Assembly (NCBI GenBank): GCA_036638975.1
Contig: JAVWJP010000002.1
Coordinates: 54,375-118,374, forward strand
Length of the DNA: 64,000 bases
Direction: 5' to 3'
From: Hydrogenoanaerobacterium sp.
Lineage (GTDB): Bacteria; Bacillota; Clostridia; Oscillospirales; Ruminococcaceae
Shown here: in pieces, positions 37,528-46,613 of the stretch
Numbering within the stretch: position 1 is the stretch's first letter
Layout: each line of letters opens with the position of its first letter
Position numbers and translations under genes: made by a program
Notes under the pieces: generated by a model
Database searches by the model: none
The model's input: only the letters and a program-made list of their open reading frames with translations
What the model was told of the DNA's origin: nothing

Positions 37528-38415
37528 TTAAGGCTTTGTGTAGTAGCGCAGCTCTAAAGCACTCGATTGCGGAGGAATACTCATTGTTGCAATGCCGTTG
37601 TAAAAAACGTTTAGTTTATCGCCTTTTTTAAGCTTTGCAAAGTCTAAATAAATTTGTGTGTCCTCAAAAATATGAAAAACCGTTTCCATACCCTTGCCTA
37701 TGGGTTTTAACAAAAGCGATGTTGAGCCGTCCCTATCGTTTTTCATAATCTCTACAAGCTCGCCGTTAAACACTGTGCCTTCTGCGGGAAAAGAGCGGTT
37801 TATAGCTATTGCCTTTTTATATTCTTTTGCGGGTATTGGTTTAATAACAGGCGAAACACCATAATAAACCTCTAAATAATCTCCGACGGCAAGTGTTTTT
37901 TTGTCGAAGCTCAACCTTGTTGCGGTGTCTATTTCAATATGATTTATAACAGGCATAAACGCTGTGCCGTCCGCACGCTTTAATGTAAGCAGCAGTGTGC
38001 CGCTGTCATCGCCGTTTTTAATTTCGGTTACCGTTCCGCGGTACATTGCGGCATCTGCCACAGTAAGCTTCTCCGGGCGCTTTACTTCTGTGTCGTTTTC
38101 TTGCGGTGTCACAATTATAACATCATCGCTGCTGCTTACTACGGGCAAAGCAGGTTTTTCTTCAGGCGTCACAATTATCACCTCATCGCTAACATTAACA
38201 GACGGCGGCACATACTTATTTACAGGCATCACCACTATGACATCGTTGCCCATTTCATCTGCTTGTGCATCTGCGGCTGCGCTTAGCTGCTTGTCGGCGT
38301 TTGGGTTTTGCACAACTTCGGCAGGTTTTGCCGCAAACGCGCACAATGGCAGCGATGCTGCAAGGCACAAGGTAAGCGCAAGTACTTTTTTAAATTTATT
38401 TTGTTGCTTTTTCAT
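37528..38415 (-). CDS. Secreted protein of unknown function with internal repeats
   Basis: Sec-type signal peptide ending CAFA/AK. Three 20-aa repeats (D/E-V-I-I/V-V-T/M-P) are followed by two copies of a ~90-aa domain (GTVTEI...YLEVYYG / GTVFNG...KLNVFYNG). Confidence 0.7.
   Translation of the reverse strand: MKKQQNKFKKVLALTLCLAASLPLCAFAAKPAEVVQNPNADKQLSAAADAQADEMGNDVIVVMPVNKYVPPSVNVSDEVIIVTPEEKPALPVVSSSDDVIIVTPQENDTEVKRPEKLTVADAAMYRGTVTEIKNGDDSGTLLLTLKRADGTAFMPVINHIEIDTATRLSFDKKTLAVGDYLEVYYGVSPVIKPIPAKEYKKAIAINRSFPAEGTVFNGELVEIMKNDRDGSTSLLLKPIGKGMETVFHIFEDTQIYLDFAKLKKGDKLNVFYNGIATMSIPPQSSALELRYYTKP
38105..38250 (-). repeat. Three in-frame tandem copies with exact 60-nt periodicity inside the secreted-protein gene
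   Basis: Plus-strand copies are ggtgtcacaattataacatcatcgct (38105), ggcgtcacaattatcacctcatcgct (38165) and ggcatcaccactatgacatcgttgcc (38225). Confidence 0.75.
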
Positions 38416-38502
38416 GTATATCCTCTTTTCAATTTTATTTTATCCTCTATTTATACAGTGCGACAAAGCATTGAATTTATTGCATAAGTTTTAATTTTAC
38501 CG

Positions 38503-38532
38503 CAAAAAACGCCGATGCACTGCACCGACGTT
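38503..38532 (-). terminator. Rho-independent terminator after lysC
   Basis: Minus-strand RNA CGUCGGUGCA-G-UGCAUCGGCG (with G.U pairs) followed by U6. Confidence 0.7.
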
Positions 38533-38552
38533 TTATTTATTGACTAAATCGC

Positions 38553-39764
38553 TTAATCCTCATCTATAAATGCGTCATGTATAGCGTTCAAAGCTTTTTC
38601 CGAATCTTTAAGCTCTATAAGCACAGAGATTTTTATTTCGCTTGTAGAAATCATCTGAATATTAACCCCTGCCTCTGAAAGAGCTTCAAACATCTTAGAA
38701 GCAACGCCGGGGTTAGACTGCATACCCGCACCGACTACCGAAACCTTCGATATATTATCATCACAAACAACATCGTGCGCCTTTAAATTATCTTTAATAT
38801 CGGTTAAAATTTCTATAGCTAAGTCTTTATGCGAACGCGAGGTTGTAAAGCTTATATCCTTTGTACCGTCACGTCCTATTGACTGCAAAATGATATCAAC
38901 ATTAACCTTTTTTGCCGCCAGCTGCGAGAACACCTTAAAAGCAACACCCGGTGTATCGGGCACCCCGACTATAGAAACCCTCGCAACGTCATTATCTCGT
39001 GCCACACCCTTTATTAACATCTTTTCCACTTTAATAACCTCCTTAATCTGTGTGCCTGGCTTTCTCTCTAAGCTCGAAAGCACCTCCATCGGCACAGAAT
39101 ATTTTTTACCCATCTCAACGGAGCGGTTGTGCAGCACATTTGCACCCAGCGAAGCAAGCTCCAGCATTTCGTCATATGTAATTTCGTCAAGCTTTTTTGC
39201 ACCCTTTACCACACGCGGGTCTGCCGTATAAACTCCGTCTACATCTGTATATATTTGGCAATTGTCTGCATGAAGAACAGCCGCCAACGCCACCGCGCTG
39301 GTGTCACTTCCTCCGCGCCCCAGCGTTGTTATATCATCATAACGGTTAATGCCCTGAAAGCCCGCCACTATGATAATATTACGCTTGCTTATCTCGTTTT
39401 CAAGTCGTTCTTTATCTATGCGGCGTATCCTTGCGCGTCCATGGCTGGAATCGGTAAGGAAGCCCGCCTGCCAGCCTGTTAAAGATTTTACCGGAAAGCC
39501 CATCTTATCTATTGCCATAGCAAGCAGCGACATTGACATTTGTTCACCCGCCGAAAGCAAAACGTCCATTTCACGCAAAGAAGCCTTTGGGTTAATCTCT
39601 GCCGCTTTTGCAATAAGCTCGTCTGTCGTTTTACCCTGAGCCGAAACCACGGCGATTACATCGTTGCCCTCCGCATAGGTTTCTGTAATAATTTTTGCAA
39701 CATTGGCTATGCGCTCGGGGTTTGCCACCGACGTTCCACCAAACTTCTGAACTATCAGACCCAT
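38553..39764 (-). CDS. lysC: Aspartate kinase
   Basis: 403 aa. VQKFGGTSV and GRGGSDTSAVALA motifs. Two C-terminal ACT domains. Confidence 0.95.
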   Translation of the reverse strand: MGLIVQKFGGTSVANPERIANVAKIITETYAEGNDVIAVVSAQGKTTDELIAKAAEINPKASLREMDVLLSAGEQMSMSLLAMAIDKMGFPVKSLTGWQAGFLTDSSHGRARIRRIDKERLENEISKRNIIIVAGFQGINRYDDITTLGRGGSDTSAVALAAVLHADNCQIYTDVDGVYTADPRVVKGAKKLDEITYDEMLELASLGANVLHNRSVEMGKKYSVPMEVLSSLERKPGTQIKEVIKVEKMLIKGVARDNDVARVSIVGVPDTPGVAFKVFSQLAAKKVNVDIILQSIGRDGTKDISFTTSRSHKDLAIEILTDIKDNLKAHDVVCDDNISKVSVVGAGMQSNPGVASKMFEALSEAGVNIQMISTSEIKISVLIELKDSEKALNAIHDAFIDED

Positions 39765-39835
39765 TATAATACCTCCTATTAAAAGTATCTATACAGTATA
39801 TTATATTACATTGACGCATTTTTTGCGAATTTTTT

Positions 39836-40735
39836 TTACAGCATAACACGCGCGCCTGTATTATCTATCGAAAGAACATTTACACGCCAGCCGTCAAGCC
39901 CGTTTTCTTTAAGATAATCGCGCACAGTTTGCTCAAATTCAAAGTTGCCGGAGCTTATTATAGACATTATTGTGCTGCCTGAGCCGCTTATATATGAGGC
40001 ATATGCACCATGCTTATACGAGAAATCGAGCAGCTCATGTGCACCGTTTATAAGCGGCAGACGGTAAGGCTGGTGCAGACGGTCGTCCGCTGCAATGCGC
40101 AGGTTTTGATAATTGCGCGAATACAATGAAACAGACATTAAAGCTGCACGCGAAAGGTTAAAAACTCCGTCCTTATGCGATATTTCTTTTGGCAGGGCTT
40201 CGCGCGCAAATTTTGTTTTTATTTCAAAATCGGGGACTATAGCAACAAAACGAAGGTCCTCGGCTATCTCCTGCTTAACATAATAAACCTTGCCGTTCTC
40301 TAAAACAGCGGTGCACAGACCGCCCAAAAGTGCAGGTGTAGAGTTGTCCGGGTGTCCCTCCATGGTGGCGGCTATATTTACAAGGTCACTGGTGCGCATG
40401 GGCTGTCCCAAAAGCGAATTTGCCCCCAAAAGCCCACCCACAATACACGCAGACGAGCTGCCAAGCCCGCGTGCCATTGGTATATTATTGGTCTGTGCTA
40501 TGCTAAGCCCCTTAAACGGGCGGTCACACAAATCGTAAATATATTTTGCACAGGTATAGACTAAATTTGTTTCGTCTGTAGGTATTTTAACAGCGTCGCA
40601 AGAGCTTATTTGCAAGCCCTCGCTTTCCTCTATAGAAACATAATTATACATAGAAACGGCAAGCCCCAAGCTGTCAAAGCCCGCACCTATGTTTGCGCTT
40701 GTCGCCGGAATTTGCACTTTCGGCACTATTTTCAC
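39836..40735 (-). CDS. thrB: Homoserine kinase
   Basis: 299 aa. GHMP kinase motif PMARGLGSSSA. N-terminal PATSANIGAGFD. Confidence 0.94.
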   Translation of the reverse strand: MKIVPKVQIPATSANIGAGFDSLGLAVSMYNYVSIEESEGLQISSCDAVKIPTDETNLVYTCAKYIYDLCDRPFKGLSIAQTNNIPMARGLGSSSACIVGGLLGANSLLGQPMRTSDLVNIAATMEGHPDNSTPALLGGLCTAVLENGKVYYVKQEIAEDLRFVAIVPDFEIKTKFAREALPKEISHKDGVFNLSRAALMSVSLYSRNYQNLRIAADDRLHQPYRLPLINGAHELLDFSYKHGAYASYISGSGSTIMSIISSGNFEFEQTVRDYLKENGLDGWRVNVLSIDNTGARVML

Positions 40736-40791
40736 TCCAATTTAACTTAAAAATTTTGTTTTACTAAATAAACTATAATTACATGGCAAAA

Positions 40792-42036
40792 TTAAATCTC
40801 AAGCACTCGTATTCTGCCAAGCACCGTAAGCCCCTCGTCAGAGAGCTCTAAAAGCATTTTTTTTGCTTCTTTTTCGGTACGAGCCTTAAATATAAACGCA
40901 AATTCGTCCTCAACACCACTGCGATATATGGGCTTTACACGCCCTATTACATCGTTTATAACCTTTAAAGCTTTGTCAAAATTATCGTAGCCGACACGCA
41001 CATAAAGCTTTACAGGTAGGTTTTCGCAGTCTGCAACATAATCTTTTTTTGCGTTATCCTCCCAGTGCAGCAGCGCAGTATTATGCTCGGCATTTGCGGC
41101 ATCAATAATATCGGCAACAACAGCCGATGCAGTAGGCAGCTTGCCTGCTCCTCTGCCGTAAAAAACCACCTCGCCTGTTGCATCACCCCGCACAAGCACT
41201 GCGTTAAACACATTTTCAACACCTGCCAGCTGGCTTTCTGCCTCAACAAAAGCCGGAGAAACCATCACCGATATTTTGCCCTCTGGCAAACGGCTTGCTA
41301 TGGCAATAAGCTTTATCACGCCGCCCCAAACCTTTGCATATTCAACATCTTCGTGCGTTATATTGGTAATTCCCTCTGTGTGAACTTCATTAGGATAGAT
41401 GTGCTTGCCAAATGCAAGCGATGCCAATATACATATTTTACGGCAGGCATCAAGCCCTCCGACATCTGCACTGGGGTTTTTTTCTGCATAGCCCAAATTT
41501 TGGGCAAGCTCCAACGCAGCAGAAAAGCCCATTTTCTCATGTATCATTTTTGTCAATATAAAATTGGTCGTGCCGTTTAGTATGCCCGCAATAAGCTCTA
41601 TCTCATTTGCGACAAGGCAGGCATGAAGCGGACGGATTATTGGTATTCCGCCGCCGACACTGGCTTCAAAAAAGAAATTAACATCGTTTTTTTGTGCCAC
41701 TCTAAGCAGCTCTGCGCCTTTTTCGGCAACCAGCTCTTTGTTTGAGGTAACAACGCTTTTACCCGCCTCCAGGCAACGCCTGACATAGGTAAAAGCCGGC
41801 TCCAGCCCACCCATAAGCTCTACCACTATGCTTATTTCGTCATCGTTTATAATAGTTTCAAAGTCTTTTATAAATTTATAAGAATACGGAAGTCCGGGGA
41901 AATCGCGCAAATCGAGTATATATTTTATATCCATTTCTTTACCCGTTTTACGCTCCATACCTACAAGGTTTTTATAAAAAACCTCCAATACTCCGGAACC
42001 TACTATTCCATGACCCATAACAGCTATCTGCAGCAT
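40792..42036 (-). CDS. hom: Homoserine dehydrogenase
   Basis: 414 aa. N-terminal Rossmann fold VMGHGIVGSGV, the catalytic block NGTTNFIL, and a C-terminal ACT-like domain. Confidence 0.94.
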   Translation of the reverse strand: MLQIAVMGHGIVGSGVLEVFYKNLVGMERKTGKEMDIKYILDLRDFPGLPYSYKFIKDFETIINDDEISIVVELMGGLEPAFTYVRRCLEAGKSVVTSNKELVAEKGAELLRVAQKNDVNFFFEASVGGGIPIIRPLHACLVANEIELIAGILNGTTNFILTKMIHEKMGFSAALELAQNLGYAEKNPSADVGGLDACRKICILASLAFGKHIYPNEVHTEGITNITHEDVEYAKVWGGVIKLIAIASRLPEGKISVMVSPAFVEAESQLAGVENVFNAVLVRGDATGEVVFYGRGAGKLPTASAVVADIIDAANAEHNTALLHWEDNAKKDYVADCENLPVKLYVRVGYDNFDKALKVINDVIGRVKPIYRSGVEDEFAFIFKARTEKEAKKMLLELSDEGLTVLGRIRVLEI

Positions 42037-42055
42037 TAAAAATGCCCCCCTTATT

Positions 42056-42496
42056 TTAACTGCCCGAAAGCAGCTTACCCTCTACAACCCCGCCAAGACC
42101 TCGCACCGCCTCTAAAAGCTCTTCCTCGCTGCAACTTATCGAGCCTATTTTTGCCGATATTGAAACGTGTGCAACAAAATCTACGGGAATATTTTGGTTT
42201 ACCGTTAAAATGTTTGCTCCAAGCTCGTAAAGCTTTGCTATAACCGACGAGAGCACACCCGGCTCATCTGCCAAGGTTACGTAAAGTGTAACTATACTGT
42301 CGCCTATTTTACTGCCGTACTCGCTAACCCTGTCCTTGTACTTATAAAAAGCACTGCGCGAAATTCCCGCCATTTTTGAAGCCTCGCTGGCGCTTTTAGC
42401 CTTGCCCTGTGCCAACATTTTTTTAGCATATACAACCTTTAAAAAAACCTCAGGCAGCACAGCCGTGTCCACTATAAGAAATTTTGTTCCTTCCAC
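42056..42496 (-). CDS. UPF0735 (PheB-like) ACT-domain protein
   Basis: The SRSAFYKYKDRV block followed by an ACT domain (TLYVTLADEPGVLSSV) resembles B. subtilis PheB. Preferred start is GTG 42496, 8 nt after GGGGG. The track start is 9 nt upstream. Confidence 0.75.
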   Translation of the reverse strand: MEGTKFLIVDTAVLPEVFLKVVYAKKMLAQGKAKSASEASKMAGISRSAFYKYKDRVSEYGSKIGDSIVTLYVTLADEPGVLSSVIAKLYELGANILTVNQNIPVDFVAHVSISAKIGSISCSEEELLEAVRGLGGVVEGKLLSGS

Positions 42497-42578
42497 AATG
42501 TGCACCCCCTAAATACATTTGTTCTGCTATGATATACAATATTATCATTATTGCTTTAATACGACAAAGTAAGTTTAA

Positions 42579-42621
42579 AGCGATATACAGCCATTTTCGG
42601 CTATATATCGCTGTTTTTTTG
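42579..42621 (+). terminator. Strong orphan hairpin with T7 tract (plus-strand terminator geometry) in the thr-operon / ytvI intergenic region
   Basis: AGCGATATACAGCC-ATTTTC-GGCTATATATCGCT pairs at 13 of 14 positions and is followed by GTTTTTTTG. No plus-strand gene lies upstream. Confidence 0.5.
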
Positions 42622-42801
42622 TAATTATAGCGCTGTTACTGCGTATTACTGCCTGTTTTACAATATTGTAATGCTATTACACATTTTTTATAAACAAAAT
42701 TCGTAATTTTAGTATGCTTTAGAGTATATCTTAAAATATTTTTTTAAAACTTAATATTGCACCCCGCTAAAGGCATATTATAAATATGCAGAGGTGTTTT
42801 T

Positions 42802-43875
42802 ATGAACAGAGAACAAAAGCTTAATTTTTTGCTTAACAGCGCCACCGCAGTAGTTTTTACAGCGCTTGCCTTAATAATTTTAAAATATTTGTTGTGGTGG
42901 TTTTTGCCGCTTTTTTTGGGGCTGCTTATATCCTTTATACTGCGCCCCTTGGTAAATGCCGCCTACAAGCTGTCAAGTGCAACACGACGTTTTTGCGCCG
43001 CCGCTGTACTGCTTTTTGTCTATGGAACACTTGCCACAATATTATGGCTTTGCATTGTACAGCTTACTGCAGGTCTGCGCGGAGTATTTATAAACCTGCC
43101 ATATTTTTTAAACGAAACACTCGCGCCTGTGCTATGGCAGCTAAGCAAGCAATTTTTAGGCTTTTTACAGCGCTTTTTGCCCGAAATAGGTAGTGAATTT
43201 GAGGTTTTTATAGGGCTTGCCGCAGAGCAGCTAAGTGTAGTTGCCGCCTCCGCTTCAGAAAAGCTTATAGCCGCAATAGGCACATTTATACGCGGAATAC
43301 CTACATTTATGCTTACATTTTTATTTACTGTATTATCATCTTTTTTTATATCTATGGACTACAGCGGAGTAATAAATTTTTTAATACGCCTTATACCAAA
43401 ACGTCACCGAAAAGCAGTTTTTGTAATTAAAGATTTTTTTGTAAGCACTATTTTTAAATATATACGCGCTTACTCAGTTCTTTTACTTTTAACCTTTGCA
43501 GAGGTTTGGGTGGGGCTTGCACTGCTTAAAGTACCGCAAAGTCTGTGGTGGGCTGTGCTTGTAGCCGCAGCCGATATACTTCCGGCTATAGGAACAGGAC
43601 TAATTTTATTGCCTTGGGCATTGCTGGCATTTTTACAGGGGAACAGTTTTTTGTCTGTCGGAATATTAACACTATATGGTATCATAACAGTTGTACGCAA
43701 TATAGCCGAGCCAAAAATAGTTGGTGAAAGCATTGGTCTTTCCCCGCTTGTAACAATAACCGCCATGTTTTTGGGGCTTAAAATTCTTGGCATAGCAGGG
43801 CTTCTCGTAGTGCCGCTGCTGGTACTGTTTGTAAAGTTTTTAAACGACAGCGGCAAGCTGCACCTGTGGGAATAA
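42802..43875 (+). CDS. ytvI: AI-2E family transporter / sporulation integral membrane protein YtvI-like
   Basis: 357 aa polytopic membrane protein with a YtvI-like layout (PLFLGLLISFILRPLV..., ADILPAIGTGLILLPW). Confidence 0.8.
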   Translation: MNREQKLNFLLNSATAVVFTALALIILKYLLWWFLPLFLGLLISFILRPLVNAAYKLSSATRRFCAAAVLLFVYGTLATILWLCIVQLTAGLRGVFINLPYFLNETLAPVLWQLSKQFLGFLQRFLPEIGSEFEVFIGLAAEQLSVVAASASEKLIAAIGTFIRGIPTFMLTFLFTVLSSFFISMDYSGVINFLIRLIPKRHRKAVFVIKDFFVSTIFKYIRAYSVLLLLTFAEVWVGLALLKVPQSLWWAVLVAAADILPAIGTGLILLPWALLAFLQGNSFLSVGILTLYGIITVVRNIAEPKIVGESIGLSPLVTITAMFLGLKILGIAGLLVVPLLVLFVKFLNDSGKLHLWE

Positions 43876-43889
43876 AACAAAAAGCAAAG

Positions 43890-43938
43890 TAAAGCGCTCT
43901 TAAAACGGGTTTGTACCTCCGTCTTTAAAAGCGCTTTA
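43890..43938. terminator. Long imperfect hairpin between convergent ytvI and the class A PBP gene (putative bidirectional terminator)
   Basis: TAAAGCGCTCTTAAAACGG...CCGTCTTTAAAAGCGCTTTA. The U-tracts are weak on both sides. Confidence 0.45.
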
Positions 43939-43974
43939 GCATATTTTAACGCAAAAATTAAAAATATTACATTA

Positions 43975-46467
43975 TCAATTTACAACTATAATCTCATCGC
44001 TGGCTCCGGAGGACGACTCGCCCTCGACGGTGCCGCCCGCTACCTCCTGAGATTCTTTTACGTCGCTGTAATAGGTGCATATACCCGGCAAAGCACTTTG
44101 CTTATACCAGCCAACCCCCGTGCGTGCACATGACGGAGCTGCCAAATCGCCCGAATCGAAGCAATAGGTTTTTTCAACCACACCTCCGCTTACAGGGAAC
44201 TCTTTATACGCGGCATTTTCGCTGACATCTGACATAACACGCTTCCATATTTGAGGCGGAGGATATGGGTTATAGTGTGGAATACCTGCGTTTTCTTTAT
44301 CAAAGCCAAACCAAACTCCCGCCACATAGTACGGAGTTCCGCCTATAAACCACTGATCCTTGTCCATATTGGACGTGCCTGTCTTACCCATTGTAGGCAA
44401 GTTGCCAAGCCTTGCCGGAGCGCCTGTACCGCCCGTAACAACGCTTTGCAAAAGCTTGTTCATTATCTCTGCGCTGTCCTCGGCTATAACACGCCGCGGC
44501 GGGGCGTTGGCTTCAAGTATAACGTTGCCCTGGTTATCAACAACCTTGCTGTACGAATGCGGTTCATAAAATAGCCCGCCGTTGCCGAATATCTGGTACG
44601 CGGCTGTCATGTCGAGCACCGAAATTCCCCCGCTCTGTGCGCCCAAGGCAAGCGGAGCATAGTCTATATCGTGAGTGGGATCTAGGCTGTTTATGCCTAA
44701 ATTATTATGCAAAAAGTCGTAAGAAACCTGCGGTGTGACGAGGTCCAGCGTTTTTACGGCTATTGTATTTACCGAGTTTTGTATGGCGCGGTTTACCGTA
44801 AGCATACCTTGATAGCTGTTGTAGTAGTTTGTAGGCCAGCCGTTGCCAAGGGGCACCTGCTTACTGGTAATATTGCCCTCGGCATCGGTTTCTTCAACAG
44901 TTTTTGTGCCCACAGAGCGCACAAGCTGCCCATTTACAAGGTAACCAAAGGGGCTGTCCTGCGTAAGATACGACCAATGCACAAGGTCCAAATCTATAGC
45001 GGGGGCATAAACCGATATAGGTTTTATTGCCGAGCCTGTTTGACGAATGCCGTCTGTGGCAAGGTTAAAGGTTCTGTCGCCTGTCTTTTCGCCTCTGCCA
45101 CCCGCAATCCCCTTTATATTGCCCTCGTAATCCATTATAACCATGGCACACTGGGGCTGTTCTTTTACATAGTCACCAAAGTCCTTGCCGCCGTTTGTAA
45201 TATAACGCCCGCTCACTTTTTGAAAAATAGACTTTGCGGGGTCATAATTTATCTCATTTGTTATAAAATCTTGGTCGAGTATGCCCTGTATTTTTTCATC
45301 TACCGTAGTATATATAGAAAAACCACCGTTATAAACCTTGTTCCAAGCGGCTTGCTTCTCTAGCCCTTGCTGTGTGCAAAGGTCGTTTATAACTTCTTCT
45401 ATGACATAATCGACAAAATAGCTGTATGTTTCTTTACGGGTCTGCTGTGCCGCACTTGTTTTTATGACTAAGGTCTGTTTTTTTGCATCAGCATAATGTG
45501 CTTCCAGCGCTTTTTTTTGCTTATCGTATTCGCTTTTGTTTATTTTACCGCCCGCCACAATACCATACTCTGTTTTTTCTTTGCCCTCAAGCTGTGCTTT
45601 TAGCTGTGTAAGCTCTATATCAAGCATATTATCTAAAACGTAATAGCGGCGCTCGCGGTTTTTTTCTTCATGCGCCAAAAGCTCATATTTACTCGGGTTT
45701 TGAGTTATAGCCAAAATAGCGGCACACTCTGCCGTGTCCAGCTCCGAAACATCTTTATCAAAAAACAAGTTTGCCGCCGCCTGCACGCCATAGACGTTGT
45801 TACCTGTGGTGGCGGTGTTTAGGTACGCCTCCATTATGTCATCTTTTGAATATTCTTTTTCGAGTGAAAGCGCCCTAAATATTTCTTTTATTTTGCGCTC
45901 TATAAGGACGTCTTTATCGCCCGAAATATTTTTAATAAGCTGCTGCGTTATAGTTGAGCCACCTGTGGTTTCAGCACCTGTAAGCATATTTAAAAACGCT
46001 TTAAAGGTCATCTTCCAGTCCACGCCTTGATGTGTTTGAAAGCGTTTATCCTCTGCCGCCATAGCCGCAAGCTGCATTTGCCGCGGTATCTTCGCAAAAT
46101 CGACAGAGATGCGGTTCTCGTTGCCCTTTATAACTTGAAGCGGATATGGCTCGCCGGTTTCGGCATTGGTGGCATAAAGCGTGGTGGTATAGTTAAGGTC
46201 CAAATTGCGCAGGTCGTATTCTGTTCGCTCGTCCAAAAAGCCCACAACATAAACAGCCATAACCGAGGCAACTATGCAGCCTGTTATAATCATAATTAAA
46301 AATATTGTAGCTATAGTTTTAAAGGCAATAGAAATAGTGCCTTTCACACCGCGCAGCACAAGCTCTCCGCCTGAAACGGGCGTTTTTTTTCGTGAGGGGC
46401 GGCGAGGATTTACGCCGCCGTTTTCATCCGAGGGCTGCCTCTGACGGCTGCTGTTGTTGTCTGTCAT
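43975..46467 (-). CDS. Class A penicillin-binding protein (glycosyltransferase + transpeptidase), PBP1A-like
   Basis: GT51 motifs AAEDKRFQTHQGVD and GGSTITQQL. Transpeptidase motifs SAIKP (SxxK), SVN (SxN) and KTGTS (KTG). Preferred start is ATG 46467 (MTDNN..., after AAAGGGG). Confidence 0.92.
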   Translation of the reverse strand: MTDNNSSRQRQPSDENGGVNPRRPSRKKTPVSGGELVLRGVKGTISIAFKTIATIFLIMIITGCIVASVMAVYVVGFLDERTEYDLRNLDLNYTTTLYATNAETGEPYPLQVIKGNENRISVDFAKIPRQMQLAAMAAEDKRFQTHQGVDWKMTFKAFLNMLTGAETTGGSTITQQLIKNISGDKDVLIERKIKEIFRALSLEKEYSKDDIMEAYLNTATTGNNVYGVQAAANLFFDKDVSELDTAECAAILAITQNPSKYELLAHEEKNRERRYYVLDNMLDIELTQLKAQLEGKEKTEYGIVAGGKINKSEYDKQKKALEAHYADAKKQTLVIKTSAAQQTRKETYSYFVDYVIEEVINDLCTQQGLEKQAAWNKVYNGGFSIYTTVDEKIQGILDQDFITNEINYDPAKSIFQKVSGRYITNGGKDFGDYVKEQPQCAMVIMDYEGNIKGIAGGRGEKTGDRTFNLATDGIRQTGSAIKPISVYAPAIDLDLVHWSYLTQDSPFGYLVNGQLVRSVGTKTVEETDAEGNITSKQVPLGNGWPTNYYNSYQGMLTVNRAIQNSVNTIAVKTLDLVTPQVSYDFLHNNLGINSLDPTHDIDYAPLALGAQSGGISVLDMTAAYQIFGNGGLFYEPHSYSKVVDNQGNVILEANAPPRRVIAEDSAEIMNKLLQSVVTGGTGAPARLGNLPTMGKTGTSNMDKDQWFIGGTPYYVAGVWFGFDKENAGIPHYNPYPPPQIWKRVMSDVSENAAYKEFPVSGGVVEKTYCFDSGDLAAPSCARTGVGWYKQSALPGICTYYSDVKESQEVAGGTVEGESSSGASDEIIVVN

Positions 46468-46613
46468 TGTCTTCGCCCCTTTGTAAAAAATAATATTGTG
46501 CCTAATAGTCACATCATTTAGTATATCATAAAGCTACAGTAAAGTGTTAATTTTTTTTAAAATAAGTAGTTTTTTACTCGTATTTTTCACCGCCTGCATA
46601 AGGTCTAATATTT

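Noticed and set aside
39765-39835. A lysine (L-box) riboswitch or T-box upstream of lysC.
   Set aside because: The spacer is only 71 nt, far too short for either element. It contains only a possible weak internal promoter (TATAAT) and the RBS.
42497-42620. Leader-peptide attenuation for the thr operon. Candidates are small minus-strand ORFs MAVYRFKLTLSY (starting in the hairpin loop) and MIILYIIAEQ….
   Set aside because: Neither has a Shine-Dalgarno sequence, neither is enriched in Thr codons, and the second simply overlaps the ACT gene start out of frame.
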